Of a stretch of 64,000 nucleotides of DNA, positions 13,089 through 27,304 are shown one piece after another (position 1 is the first letter of the stretch; each line of letters begins with the position of its first letter). The stretch is from Takakia lepidozioides. Lineage: Eukaryota; Plantae; Bryophyta. The stretch lies in assembly GCA_030704615.1 (NCBI GenBank), contig JAKLZA010000295.1, forward strand, positions 47,001 to 111,000, written 5' to 3'. The notes under the pieces were generated by a model. It ran no database searches and was not told where the DNA came from. It saw only the letters and a list, made by a program, of their open reading frames with translations. Made by a program: the position numbers and the translations under genes.

Positions 13089-16000
13089 CTAGTAATTGAC
13101 AGCCGCCTTAATAGCATCCAATATCTGCAAGAAACAAAACCAATAGAGAAACCTGATGAGAAGTGAAATGTGATTGCAATGCCATAAGAGAAATACAACG
13201 TTTTTAAGGACTATTGGAGTGGCTTGACATGCACAAGTATGCTCTATTGTGGCCAATGACCCTGAAAAAAGTAGAACCGACTCACTGGCATATGATGCAT
13301 CTTTGAGGTCGTAAGCCCAGATGCTACTAACGTTTCTGGAGTGGGCTGTTGACTTACTGGACAATGGATTTAGCCCCAAATTGCCAAGCGTGTGCAATGG
13401 TAATCAGGTTCCAGAGAACAGTTGATTATGTTTGACAATGTCATCACACTACAAAACATGATAATGATTCTGGTAGGGCCCCCACACACAGAGAGAGAAG
13501 GATACCTTATTCTTGTTTGGCATATAAAATGGCTCATACACCAAGGAAAGGGTGTGTCAAGGCCACAGACACGGGCAATTGGCGCTTCCAACTGCACAAA
13601 GTTCGCTGGTAAGAGAGAAATGGTCATCATACATATTAAAACGGCCTACTAAGTTCTTACATGGGAATCCATCAAGTTCACATTCCAGTCCCTACCTGCA
13701 GCTGGATCTATCTGTGCTGTTATCTATCTAAATTACAATTTCGGCACAAATTCTGTGTCTTTCAGCATCAAAAGATGAAACTATTATTCTACAATAAAAA
13801 CCATGCCTTCTCTGTGTTGTTCCAAACTGTCTACATTGGCTGCGTTGACGTTGTGGACAAAGCAGACAAAGCAAGGCATCCTTACTCGTAGGAAGCAGTG
13901 CTCAGCTATGGATGCTGCAATTTCTCCCCAAATCCTCCAGTGATGGGTGCCTCATGACTCACCTGTCACAATCCAAAATCACACTATGGGAAAACATCCG
14001 CACTGAGAGATGAAATTCCTCACAATGACAAACCCACCAATCACACCTTTTATCTGAATGCTGCAACAAGGTGACTTACCAAAAGCCGTCCTGTCTTGTT
14101 GACGGATGCTTCCACCAGTTCTCGATCCCAGGGAATAAGTGTGCGCAAATCAATTAGTTCACATGAAATGCCCTCCTGCACTTCACACAAGCCGTTTCTT
14201 GTCAGCTGAAGCATCAACTTGCTGTGTGTGAGGGCCAGGGCTTTAGGCTCAGCCTCAAGATTTTCAAAGTTGGTGAACAGAGGTGCGGGAACAATGATCT
14301 GGATGTTCCTGAAGAGGTTCACTCTCTGGTGAGAATTTCCTGGACGATCTATCAAAAAATGGATATTGTCTTCAGGCTGCCCGCACATCAGGCACCTTTT
14401 CCTCCCTGCATCTGTTTATTGTTCAAAAGGTAGGCTTCTTGCCCTGAGTTTCAGTTTAGTGCCGAGGGTAGGTACGCCCTTGAGATCATCCTTAAGGTCC
14501 TTGCCCAGACTGCAAACACGTTGAGGGAAGTTTTATGTCTAAGTTCATTTTCAAGTCCATGGGCATCTGACATGGCATTAGACACTGCAATTTCCAGGTC
14601 AGCTTCATCTAGCAGGGTCAATTCTTCTGGGCTAATATTCAGATACAAAAACTCCTCCTCTATCCTTTTCCGCCAGGATTTAGCCTGTTTAACAGGACAG
14701 CCAGGAAATAGAGTTGATTATCTTAGGGTATCTGGTATTAGACATGCTATTCGCCTGAGCCCACCAATCAGATTGTAGCTCAGATGATTTGTAGATCGAA
14801 CAGGTACTACCTTTGTGAGGGACTCACTCCGGTAGTGTGACTTACCTTGAGAGAGGGAGAGAATGTACTCATAAGCCTTGTGGCCATTGACCCCGCGCCC
14901 AGTTTGAGCGGAACACAAAGGGACAGAAACTACCTTTGTCAGGGGCTGATGCCGGTAGTATGACTTACCTTGAAACATGCAATTGATCCGAGTTTTCCAG
15001 ATATCCTCTAGAAATCCCTTCACCCAAACATCAATCTGCTGTGTGTGATTTGCCCAACTACTAGAATCCAGCCATGAGATTTTCAAAGTTGGTAAACAGA
15101 GGTACAGGAACAATTCCCTTGATGGAAATTGAAGAGGGTGTCTCCCTGGTGAGAGTACCCAGGACAATGAATCAGGAAGTGGATATTCTCCAGGTTGCCC
15201 ACACAATGGGCACTTACAATCCCCCTTATCTGTTTACAGAGTTTGAATTTCAGTCTAGTGCCGAGAGTGGGAGAGAGAGAGAGACAGAGAGAGCCAGGAT
15301 TTTTTTTTTTTTAGTGCATCCGCGGCACCAGAGAAAAGAAGAAAGACTTTTTACTGGATCCATGGGAGGGAAACCCCATAATTCCATGGAAAGTCCAGAG
15401 AGCTACTCAGAAGTTGTTTTCCAAGAGACATTGTGGATAGATTCTGAGTACCTTGCTTGCATCAGTGCAAGCCTGTTCCATAATGATAAGTTGTGCACCC
15501 CATCCCACCAGTGTGATGTCACTTCCCTGTCTCATGACCTGCAGTGTTATCCCATAAGCGAGAGACCGGTTATAAAAAAAAGAGAGAGTAAGGAAATAGG
15601 AACATGAAAGCAAGAAATTTAGAGACAGGGAGACAGAGAGAAAGTCCTGAAAGAAACAGTACATTCTGTACACATCCAGTGCATTCCAGAGGTTATGCTG
15701 TACACCAAGGGCATCACTCCAGGTCCATCTGGGTGACTAACTGCACATTGCTGTCAGAAGTGTCTTCGCAAAATGGGCCCTGACAAATCAGCTGTTATTT
15801 CCTGTTCTTAGTCCCTTATCCAAGATCCAATTGAAGATCCATATGAAAGACCTGACAATTGGATCAGGGCTTAGAAGTCTCATCTAGTAAGTCTGTTTAA
15901 TGAAGTGATCAGAGACTATTGGTCAGACCAGATAAAAGCAATGTTCGTCATACTGCAGCAAACAGTTGAACTATGTGTAAAACACCTCACCTCAGCCCTT

Positions 16001-19000
16001 GAAAGGGGTAGAGTGTAGTCATCGTCAGGCACCTCCTCCACTGCCAACCGATACAGCCACTGTCCTCTTACCATACAATTGCCATCACACACTGTTAATG
16101 ATGATAACATGAGTTGTTGATGTAGCCTGAACTGAATATCTGCAACTAGTAACTCACTGAAGCCCGGACTGAACGTCAAATGTCAAACAGGAGGGGTGGG
16201 GCCCGTACCTTTGGCTCAAAGAATATGACTGGGTTAGGGTCTCGAATCGAAGCAAGCAGGAGGCCTTTTGCTTGCAAGGGACTCCTTGGAATCACCACCT
16301 GCCTCCCCACAAAACCAGTCATCAAGTATCAGATTTCTGACAGGACAGCTTGCATTTCATGAGACTAAGTTTCATAGCTCAAAGTCATAACAAATGGGCA
16401 GCTCCTGGCCATAATCTGAACGACCAGAATTCCACCTGGAGAGTCAATGTTGAAGGAATACATCTATAATTCTCTGTCAGTGTATAGTGTAGGATGTACT
16501 AGATTATAGATTAAGGATGTGCAGTTACATCCAAGTCTTACATCTGAAGTGGTTAGGTGGTTGAAGTCACCAAGGAGTGTGGAACGGTACAGAGCTCAAC
16601 AGTTGAGTAGATGTAGAACCACCAGACTCAGCCGAGACACAAAGAGTGTAGATCTCTCTTGTGAACACTTTCTCTCTTGATGTAAGATCTATTTAATCTA
16701 GTTCTATGTTTTACACGATTATGTGTGTGATTGACTCTGGATAGAATAGATGTTTTCACATGGTATCAGAGCCATGGTTGTGGCTCAAGAGAGAGTGTCA
16801 CTAATGAGAACAAACTAATAATTTCGAGACACACAATGAAATTAAAAGGAGTCGATAGAGTTTGGAGGAAAGAACTCACAATTCCACGATGTATCAGCGT
16901 GGAAGAATTTTGTTTCTTATAGAAGAACACAAGTTCTAACATGGCCTGAATTCTGTGATGTTCATGCTTTCTTGGAAAGTGATAATTGATTGAGAGACTG
17001 GAATGGCTCAAAAAGTAGATGTGAGCAATATTCCTAAGTTTGACGGCACATACTTCCATGTGTGGAAGCATAGAGTAACACTACTGTTAAAAGCAGAAAA
17101 ACTATGGGCTCTAGTCGTAGGGACAGAGTTAAAACTAGTGGCTCCCACGGCAGCACAGATTGCTGCTGGGCAGCAAGCGCTTCCAGCCACAGGTGTTGGG
17201 AGTATAGTAAACTAGGAAGAGAGAGATGCCCTCTCACTCACCATAATTAATAACTGCTTGGACAATAGTGTAGTGTCACATGTACAGTCGTGTACATCAG
17301 CTTTTGAAGCATACCGACAGTTGACAAGGTTATATGAATCAAAGGATGCAGTAACCAAAATGTACCTTAGAGACAAAATTCAAACTTAAAAAATGAAAGA
17401 GAATGAAAATGTCACTAAGCATATACATGTCTTCAGATCTTTGCTAGAACAGCTTTCCGCTGCTGGTTCCCCTGTGTCAGACGAGGATGTTGTCTTATCC
17501 CTAATGAGGAGTATGCCGATGAGTTATCGAACATTTATAGGCTCTTTTAGGAGACAACCGAATATAAGTCTACAGTCTTTAATTACAGACTTAATACAGG
17601 AGAAACTTTAATGATGAGTCTAGGACCTGCTACAGATTCAAAAACTGCATTATATTCTGGACAGAAGTCTAGTACATATAATAGTTTTAATAGGAAGAAG
17701 CAAAATGAGGACAAAAGTAGTGTCAAGAAGGAGGATGGCGAAGGATCAAACTCAAATAAAGGAAAGAAGAATCAAATAAAGTGTTTTTTCTGTAAGAAGT
17801 TTGGACATATGATTAAGGACTGCAGGAAGAGGATTGCAGCTGAAGCAACAAATAAACAAGCAACACAAGGACATGTTGCAGTAGAAGGCAATCAGCTCTA
17901 TGTAGCAGCGATGATCATAAGTAAAGGGAAAGATTCAACTTGGTATGTGGACACAGGAGCCACACAGCACATGGCGTATGATATACACACTTTTGCGATA
18001 TACAAAGAGTGGAGACATGGACAGGTTGTCTATTTAGGGGATGACTCAACATATGAAATAACAGGCCAAGGGTCAGCCATTGTGTTGTTGTGCAATGGAC
18101 AGCGAAGGGAGGTACCTGACGTGCTCCATGTGCTAGGTCTCAAGAAGAATTTATTTTCTGTTAAGCAATTAGACCTAGCTGGGGGAGAGAACATAAAAGA
18201 ATGTTGCTGTAACCTGAAGAATTCCAAAGGAAATCTCATAGCAAAATGTGAGATAGAGAACGGACTCTATAAGCTAGGAACTGCATTACAGAACTCACAA
18301 GTCATGGCAATGCCAACTGTCTTAGAGACTAATAAGGCAGACCTATGGCACTGTAGATTAGGTCATATGAACCAAGCTAGAATGCATCAGATGCAAACTA
18401 ACTCAATGGTTAGAGGGCTGGATTCAGTAGATGTTAGGAAACTAACATTATGTAGAGATTGCATCTCAGGAAAACAACACCGAGAGAAATTCCCTGTAGA
18501 GGGGGCACGAGAGCTACTGAACTGTTAGGCCTCGTACATACTGACATTTGTGGACCGATGCAAACTCTCACACACAACGGGTTTAAGTATTTCATCACAT
18601 TTATAGATGATCTTTCAAGGTTTACTGTTGTTTATTTGTTAAAACAAAGTCAGAGGCATTTGAGAGGTTTAAACAGTATAAGTTACTGGTTGAAAATCAG
18701 CTAAGTAAGAAGATCAAGGTTCTAAGGGCTGATGGGGGTGGTGAATACATTTCTAATGAGTTTAATTTATTCTGTCAAGAGAGTGGCATAAAGAGGCAGT
18801 TTACTGTAGCAGGAACACCACAACAGAATGGGGTGTCTGAGAGGAAAAATAGGACCTTAGTGGAAGCAGTACTTTCCATGCTACACCATGCTAGCTTACC
18901 AAATGTCTATTGGGGTGAAGCTCTTATGACTGCCACATACCTACAAAATAGGTCACCAACCAAAGCTCTACAGAATAACAAAACACCCATAGAGTTATGG

Positions 19001-22000
19001 ACAGGTGTGAAACATGATGTATCACACTTTGAAAGTCTTTGGCTGTAGAGCCTTTGCACTAGTACAGAAGGATAATAGACGCAAACTCACACACTGTCGA
19101 GTGTACATTTTTGGGCTATAGTGAACAGACTAAGGGTTACAGTGTAAATGGCTGTTCAAAGTAAAACTTCGGGCAGATGGGAGTGTGGATCGCTATAAAG
19201 CAAGATTGGTAGCAAAAGGATACTCACAGATATCTGGACTAGATTATACATAGACCTTTTCACCAGTAGTCAAATTAGCATCTATACGAGTGATACTTGC
19301 GCTTGCGGCTCAGTTTGATTTGAAAGTTCAACAACTTGATGTTAAGACTACCTTCTTGAATGGTTTCATAGAAGAAGACATTTATATGGAGTTCCTAGAA
19401 GGAGTTATACAAGAGAGCAAATCTGGTTTAGCTTGTAAGCTGAACAAATCACTTTACGGGCTCAAGCAATCATCACGGGCATGGTACCAAAGATTTGACA
19501 CCTATTTGATGACAATAGGGTTTGATCGAAGCGTAGCTGATTCGAACGTCTACGTGCAGCGGAAGAGCACGAGTTACCTTATTCTGGCATTATATGTTGA
19601 TGATACTATATTGGCTAGCAATGATGTGAATTTCTTGCAAGAGATCAAGAAGCTCCTCGAATCTGAATTTGAAATGATGGATATGGGGGAGATCCACTAC
19701 TGCCTTGGGATGCAGATTTCAAGAAACAGGGGAGAAGGATGGATCAGAGAAAGGTATTTGCTTGGAGTGCTGCAAAGATTTGAAATGGAAAATTGTAAGC
19801 CATTAGCATCCCAATGGAGACCAGGGAGAAGCTAACAAAGTCAGATTGCCTAGAAACTGAATATGGAAAAGCTTTGATGCAAGAAGTGCCTTATTCACAA
19901 GCAGTCGGGGGTTGTTTGATGCATGTTGTTGTCAACACCCGACTTGATTGCTCATTTGCAGTGGGTAGTCTCGCTCAATTCCTATCGAACCCCGGAGAGC
20001 CTCATTGGCAGGCAACAAAGATGGGTGATGAGTGGTACATAAAAGGTACTCTTCACATTGGAATTCAGTATTGTAAATCGGACAAAGGAGCAACCCTAAT
20101 AGGTTTTTCAGACGCGGATTGGGCTGGAGACATAGACACTCGACGTTCAACATCGGGGTTTTTGCTTCAAGCTAGCAGGTGGGTGCAATAAGCTGATCAA
20201 GCAAAAGGCAGAGGTCCGTGGCTTTGTCAAGTACTGAATCCGAATACATGGCTTTATCAAAGGCTGCAGCAAAGGCAGTGTGGCTCAGGAGTCTGATGAT
20301 GGACTTGGGATTTGTTCAGAAGAAGGCTATTATAATTTATGCAGATAATCAAAGTGCAATAGCGCTATCTGCAAATCCTAAGTTTCATGCTCGTAGTAAG
20401 CATATTGACATCCCGTATCACTACATACGAGAAAGGTCCAGTCGAAGGAAGTGACATTGGAGTACCTTCCAACATCTGAAATGATTGCTGATTTCTTGAC
20501 GAAGAGCGTTCCGAAGGAGAAACACTTTATTTTGTGCGAGAGGGGCTGGATTGAAGTGGAACAAGAAGCCGGAGCAAGATTCAAATAAGATGGAAGACAC
20601 TACGTATATACTGCCAGAGTATTAGTGGGAGTGAAGGAATACATCTATAATTCTCTGTCAATGTATAGTGTAGGATGTACTAGATTATAGATTAAGGATG
20701 TGCAGTTACATCCAAGTCTTACATCTGAAGTGGTAGGTGGTTGAAGTCACCAAGGAGTGTGGAACGGTACAGAGCTCAACAGTTGAGTAGATGTAGAACC
20801 ACCAGACTCAGCCGAGACACAGAGAGTGTAGATCTCTCTTGTGAACACTTTCTCTCTGATGTAAGATCTATTTAATCTAGTTCTATGTTTTACACGATAT
20901 GTGTGTGATTGACTCTGGATAGAAGATGTTTTCACAAATGTTTGCTTGCCACATACCATAGTCAAATATAATGTGTTTCTACAATGACGTATTCCAGTCA
21001 TTAAGAGATAGTAGCAGTAATTTGAGCAAAAAAGTTGATAGTTATCGAAAATATGTAGTGTATCTCTCAGAGAGAAATAAAAAGCAGAGAGTGTGGGCTG
21101 TGGGAGTGCCACCCACCTTGATACCAGGGACATGACAGGAAAAAAGCTTCTGGAGACTGTGAGTGGTAGTGCCCTCCATGGCCCACTGCTCCATATGGTG
21201 CCCTTACTGTGAGTCCTGCATGTGCACAAGGTTCATGAAAATTATGCATTCATGTTCAATAATTGGATGTAAGAAAATATAGCTTGGGGAATTTTATGCT
21301 GAAAATCTCTCATAAGGAGTCAATGACTTCCAACGCTTAGTATTTGATGTGCCTCTCACCCACACAAGGTATGTGCCATGTCACTAATGTTTGTCTGTCT
21401 GCCTCCCTTTGTGATGATCTCAAGTATGGCTACAGAATCTATATGTCCACATCCAATCTGGGAAAGCTAGGTGTATGGTGCTATGACCTTTAGCCACTTG
21501 GGAATGCACAAGCACAGCGAGACAGAGAGGTGGCAGAGATGAGCAACAGACCTCCAGTATTGAACTGATTTCCACTTCTATAACGATACTTTGCAGCCTC
21601 ATTGACTATCTGCAATATCATAGTGGAGCTAGTCAGATTTCCATTTCAAAAATCCTTCACACATGTTGCTCACGAATTCAATGGCGCCGATGCACAAAGT
21701 TCAGTCTCTTGATAGTCTTCAATTAACTCCACATTACTCATGCAAGATTTGGCATACTACCACTCAGATTCACCTTCAATACTTTGACTGTCACCCAACC
21801 ACAGGGGGCAATAGAGTCACTGACCATAAAGCTCCAGCATAAGCTATTGGCAGATGATTGCAGTATAGCAGACAATGGACCAATATTAAGGAGGACCAAC
21901 AACAACCTGGTCAAATGCAGGGTAGATATAGTCGGCAAACTGGATTTCAGCTATGGCTCGATTGCCCTGGAACCATGCAACACTTGTACAGATAAAAATC

Positions 22001-22993
22001 AAGACATATACCTAGTCGCTATGTTGATACTCCTGGATAGCTGCCAATCTCCCAAAACACCCATGAAATAAAAAGTGAACAAGTCCATGGCAAAAAAACC
22101 AATAAATGTCACATAAGAGTGAAAAAAGAAGAGACATAAATTGGTGAAGGGAGAAGAGAGATATTCATTATGTCTATGACAGAGGGAGAGGCTGGGAAGG
22201 GAAGGGAAGTGGGGGTGGTTACCATGGAGGCTAAGCCGATGCCAAAGCCCACAATTCCCTGCCACACGTCATCAGGAGCGTACCCATGAGTGTACCGAAT
22301 TGCCTTTAGTTCGCCTCTGTACTGCAAAAGGACTGTGCGTGAGTGATATGTTACCTGTTCACAGAGAGGGGTGTTGAACACACGGTGCTGGCCAAACTTG
22401 TCGCGCAATCCAGTGGTGCATCGGAATACACCTCCAAAACTCACATCCTCACCGAATACATACGACCTGCCCAGATGCTCCGTAGTTTCAGCATTATTTA
22501 CAATCTAACCATACATCACCTTCTTGATTCTATCAAGTAGGCAAACTCCATGACAGTTGAATTGGTTGACCAGGACACACCACTATGTTTCAGTCTCATC
22601 CACAAAAATAAACAAACTTCTCTCCTCTTGCATAGGCAGTATACAGACATAATGTTGACGCAAATTCTCCATATGCTTTCGAACAAACCAAAATGAAATA
22701 AAGATACACTGTAATCAAAGCCTGTACAAGAAAGGGAAGCACCTGGGATCCGTGTCGAGTGCAGTGTAAAGGGCATGATTTATGGCCGAAAACAGGTTCA
22801 TTTTCTTCTTCCCATCCTGGCTGTCCACCAGCTTCTGTCCTTCTACTGGCGCCTCGACTGTGCTAGAAGATCTCCACCTCCCAGATGACAGAGCTGCGAC
22901 GAAGCAGTCGTCTGAATTCCAAACATTCTTATACCAGGCAGACGATCTAGAGCCCAGACGAGAGAGAGAAAGAGATCCCCCTTCCCACCTCAT
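13089..22993 (-). CDS. BCKDHB: Branched-chain 2-oxoacid dehydrogenase E1 beta subunit, mitochondrial. 13 exons: 22993-22743, 22466-22355, 22258-22223, 21966-21907, 21609-21552, 21215-21117, 16298-16209, 16059-15991, 15538-15452, 14175-14080, 13962-13886, 13591-13506, 13124-13089
   Basis: Spliced translation includes [123 protein letters not shown]; all introns GT-AG; three 1-nt indels (about 21138, 13926, 13544). Confidence 0.96.
14205..15270 (-). mobile_element. Several truncated LINE 3' fragments in BCKDHB intron 9 (same family as 220-3308)
   Basis: [45 protein letters not shown] 3' module, GA-rich junctions. Confidence 0.8.
16451..20936 (+). mobile_element. Ty1/Copia LTR retrotransposon in BCKDHB intron 6 (antisense to the host gene), with an internal deletion
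   Basis: LTRs 16451-16760 and 20632-20936 (TG...CA, near identical); TSD AATGT (16446-16450, 20937-20941); PBS TGGTATCAGAGCC at 16761; gag [14 protein letters not shown], protease WYVDTGAT, integrase HTDICGP and [18 protein letters not shown], RNase H DADWAGD. Confidence 0.97.
16761..16773 (+). promoter_or_regulatory. Primer binding site (tRNA-iMet) of the Copia element
   Basis: TGGTATCAGAGCC immediately after the 5' LTR. Confidence 0.9.
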
Positions 22994-23694
22994 GACGGAA
23001 TTGCAATGAGAATTACAGAATTCAAAGTCAACCCAACGAAAGAGAAATTCTTCACCATGCGAGAAATTCGCGAAGCACTGTTAAGGATGGAGAAGATGAC
23101 ACGGCAGGATCACGACACGAAGCGCCGGTTGTAAAGGACTGTGCATAGAGCAGTACGCTCTGTAATTCGGTGGACGTTAAACACACTTTAACTTCATTTG
23201 GTGCCTACTGCTTCAGACAATGTGGATACTTGATACCTTCACCCACCACTGCCCTCATTACTCCTTACCTACTCATTACACTTCAGACTTATGACCATCG
23301 CATCCGTGGATCCAATCATCAATTTCACAGGGAACGATGAGCTCCCACACATAGTTCTCAGTTACTGATAATTTGTTCGAGGGTTGTGGCAGGTCAAGCA
23401 TTTTCGATGCCAAGGCAGGCATCGCACTGACTTGATAAGTTTGTAAAGCTTGTTGCCTCGTATGACAACGTATAGGGTAAAGCACCTGGGAACCACCGAG
23501 CCCAGGTGCTTTACCCCACGCAAAGAATTTTTGGGTCCCCGTCTTTATCTTTATCATCTTTCCAGCACGGTGTCACCTCAAGTGGTCTTGACATTTCGAT
23601 CGTTTTTCAGTGTTGTTTTTGGCCGCTGTCGGTATGTGCTCGTTTTTGTGCATTCAATAGTAGTTTGTTGTCTGTTCTTTTCTGCATCCTCATC

Positions 23695-25400
23695 ATGGAA
23701 GGTAATGAAAATTGTAGTAAGAAGCTGCGAGTACATTACGAGAGACCTTCATTAGAAGTTTCTATTGCGCAGACAGTTTCTAGTGATCCTTTGCGGTCTG
23801 TCGACGATGTTTTCGGCGGTCGTGCTACAAAGTGTGTTGGTGCTACTTCAGTAGCATTTACGAGCGCAGTTTCATTGCCTCTACGGTCGCTTCCTCGTGT
23901 AATTACTAGTTGTGCAGTTGATACTCCAGATGCACCTGTCAGTTTTGCCTCATCCAGTTGTTACACATGTCGTGGATCCGCTTTCTGCAGTGGTTTTGAG
24001 TGAAACTAAGGGTTCAGTCCTTGATGTAGCTTCTGATATTGTTCTTGAGAGAATTACAGAAGAATCAATGGATGCTTCATCTATTCCTTCAGTTACTGAG
24101 TCAGAGTTGAAACCTTTGATACCTGCAGTTGAGCAAATTGAATTAATCCCTACATCTGACTTTTTGATGCTTTTGATCTTGGACTTGATAAGGACATCCC
24201 TGAATCATTTGTTTCTCCAGCACTTGTTCATGAGTTACCTCCAACGATAGATCCTCATGTCAATACCTCGTTTCCTGAGTTGATGCATGATGTTACTACA
24301 AATGATCGAGAGGATTTTCATTCTGCAATGTACATGTCTTCGAGTCGGTTCGAATCTATTGGAAGAATAGATGTCCCAGTATCTGATGTTCATGGCGATT
24401 TCAACCCTGGCGAAGAATTTGATGAAGATGGTAATCTGCTCAATTCTGAAGATTGCCCTCGAGATGCTACCAATCAAGAGATTTTTATACAACATGATCC
24501 AATTCGCATTTTCCACGATTCCAGGTTTAAGAAAGTAAGAGATGCCGGTAGTGAAGCCGCTACTAGGGCTCGAAAAGCTGGAATGGGCAGGAAAACTAAG
24601 AGAAGTGATGTTCTTAGCCCTGCTGAAGAATTGAAGATGCTATCACAGGATAAGTGTCAAGCAACTACTCCAAATGGAACTTCCGTTTTGGATGGTACTG
24701 CACAAAGTGTTTTTTTATTCGAGCATCATCAGAACTAAGGAGTATTACTACTGACGCAGATTTCAAATTACATGTTCTGCCAACAGGGACAAAAGTGCTA
24801 CGATTCACACAAGCAATGTACAAAAACTGGAGAGTTGATATTATAAGGTGTTCAGTTGAACAACAGAGGATGCCAGTGGACTGTCATGTGCCGATGTCAT
24901 TGCGACATACAAAATCCTTATGTCCCACCGTCCACGTTGGACTTCAGAAGAGCCAGGCCCTCATCCAATTTTTCTGACACCAAAAATATGTTTAGTGATT
25001 CTGTTGTATTTCGAGTATGACTTTGGATCTCTATGACCCGATAACTCCATCCCGTACTCGATCGGCACAAAGGCCTCTTCCATACGTGTAATTCCAGTTT
25101 GCGTCCTATCTTGTTTGTAATGATCTTAGCAGCCAGCTCAGGCATGTCAGAAGTCATATTTCTCGTTATATTTCTCAAGGTGTTCACACCGACTGGACTC
25201 TTCATGAACCAAACATTATCGGAAGCTGGTTTCCATTTAGAGATATGGGTGTCATTGCAAGTGAAGCGGTGAATGGAAAACCCTTAAAGTTTGAGGAAGC
25301 ACTGGTGGAAGACCGAGACGTACAAAAAATTCGTAGAATCTGAAGCTTCTGATTTCCTTCAGGTGGAAGGTGCTAACGATGTGGGCTCAATCAGTTCATC
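23695..25400 (+). mobile_element. Crypton-like tyrosine recombinase (DUF3504-type), disrupted; catalytic C-terminal segment inverted
   Basis: Plus: IFHDSRFKKVR..RKAGMGRKTKRSDVLS..FFIRASSELR..YKN..HPIFL. Minus 24979-25260: WFMKSPVGVNTL..TNKIGRKTGIT..SGHRDPKSYSKY. Together these give the R..(H/K)xxR..H..Y pattern. Element ends not found. Confidence 0.7.
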
Positions 25401-27304
25401 TTTCGACTGGACTTGAATCTGATAATTCAACAACTTTACTGGAACTGTTCCATGTGCTTCGCATGCAGTGGTTACTGTGCCTGTTAAAGAACCGTGCAGC
25501 ATTTCATCTGGATGATGCATTTTGGACATGCTGCAGGTAATTTGTCAATCGCTACAGAGAACGTATGAAAGGTCGCAGCAATTTTGGGGGTGCTTCTGCT
25601 ATCAATGTTACTCGTTCAGGCCACAAGTTTGAAAACACGTCAAACTGTCCTATCACGATAATCAATATCGTAGATCCTCATGCCGGTGCTAAATTGTTGA
25701 GAGAGCTTCAGATTCCAAACTCGATCAGAAAAGAGGACCAAGAGAATGTTCCCCCAACTACAAATTGAAACTTTTCACCTCCCTGATGTAGGTATAGATT
25801 CTTTCAAGTTCAATTTTCATTTCATGATGTACATCCTTGAGATCAAGATCTGAGATGTAGAGTTGAGATCTGAGATCTAGACTTGACAATTGAGATCTGA
25901 GACTCATTCTGTGATTCAATAAATGTTGAATGGGCATGTTACTGCAGACTTTCAATGAGAATTTACTTGACATTTAGATGACTTGATTTCAGAAAAGATG
26001 CCAGAAAGAAATCAGAAGGAAGGGGAAGAAGTCGAAAAGAAAGAAGGGAGGGGTAAGAGGAGTGCGTTCCAGGAGCCCACTCTGCCAGCCTGGCGAGTGC
26101 GTTCCACTCGTGAACGTCCCTGCACTTAACCCTAGAGTGGTGTTCACAAGTGTAAGGCCCCGCAAAATACAAAGGAATTTTTCCCAAAATTCTTTACGAT
26201 TTTGGCTTGCCCTATATTCTCTTTCTTTCCCAGCTTTAATTTTTGTCCAACTCAGAGATAATATTATTATTCTGAAAGCTATTATCAAAGAGATTTTCAA
26301 GTTGTCATTATCCACTGACTTGGGAGATTCAACATTTACAAATGGATGATGTATTTGCTGCTGAATTTCTTGCAGGGGAATGTTATCGTCTGTATTTTTT
26401 CTCAATTACTGTTTACTATAGAAAATTGTATATACTACATGATAAGTACTCGGCATCAGCAATGTAGCTCCGCTCCGCAATTCGTACTAGAGAACGGGCC
26501 GCGTTTGGCCGACTCTGCCCTATAAGCGGCCTTTGGGCGAGCGGTGTGGCGAATTCACGCCGCTACGTGGCGCAATATGATTGAGGTTCGATTATCCCAT
26601 ATCGATTGCCCAGATTCAGAGCCCTGGAGAGGATATAAACGGGGCGAGCGTCAGGGGGATGTGGTTTGATTGATGGCCGATAGACATGGGCCTTGGGTCT
26701 GCCGTCCTCTGTGCGCAATCGGCCATCCCTGCCGATTTTGCCCTGGGTGGCCGATTCGGCTTGAGAATCAGGCCGAAAAAGTGGCAGAATCCGCCACACT
26801 TGCTTTTAATGTGGTGAGTGGTTTCCCCAGGACTTCGAATTTTTTCAAGCCGGGGTTTGGGCGGGCGGGAGTGTCCCTATCTGTATGTGTGTTAGCTTCA
26901 TCATCCACGCCCCCATCTTCTTCGCAATCTCCCTGAAGGCAGGTTGGATTGATTGCTTGTGCATTCTCTGTACTGATTGACGTCGCAGATTTATGAGCCG
27001 TCTCTTTCCCCTCATTTGGGTGCCCCCATCTCTTGGATGAGACCCGTCTCTCTCCCAAATTCCAGCAGCTGTCTCCCCATCGCTGCAGCTATCATCCCAT
27101 TAGGTCGATGCTTCCTGTTAGGAGAATTGATCCTAGTGTGAGGATGATGGCCTCCCTTTATTGCTGTGCCCACGAGCATTAATATCTATGACAGCCAGTT
27201 TGGCTGCGCCTAGGTAGCCGTGCGCTTTGCCTCCCCTCTGCTCCTCGATTCGGCACAAGCCGTGCTAATTCCGGGGTTCTAGTGCTTAATGCTGGGAAGG
27301 CAAT

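Noticed and set aside
26400-27300. GC-rich segment with short ORFs, possible LTR or Crypton end
   Set aside because: No PBS, terminal repeat or protein motif that I can support.
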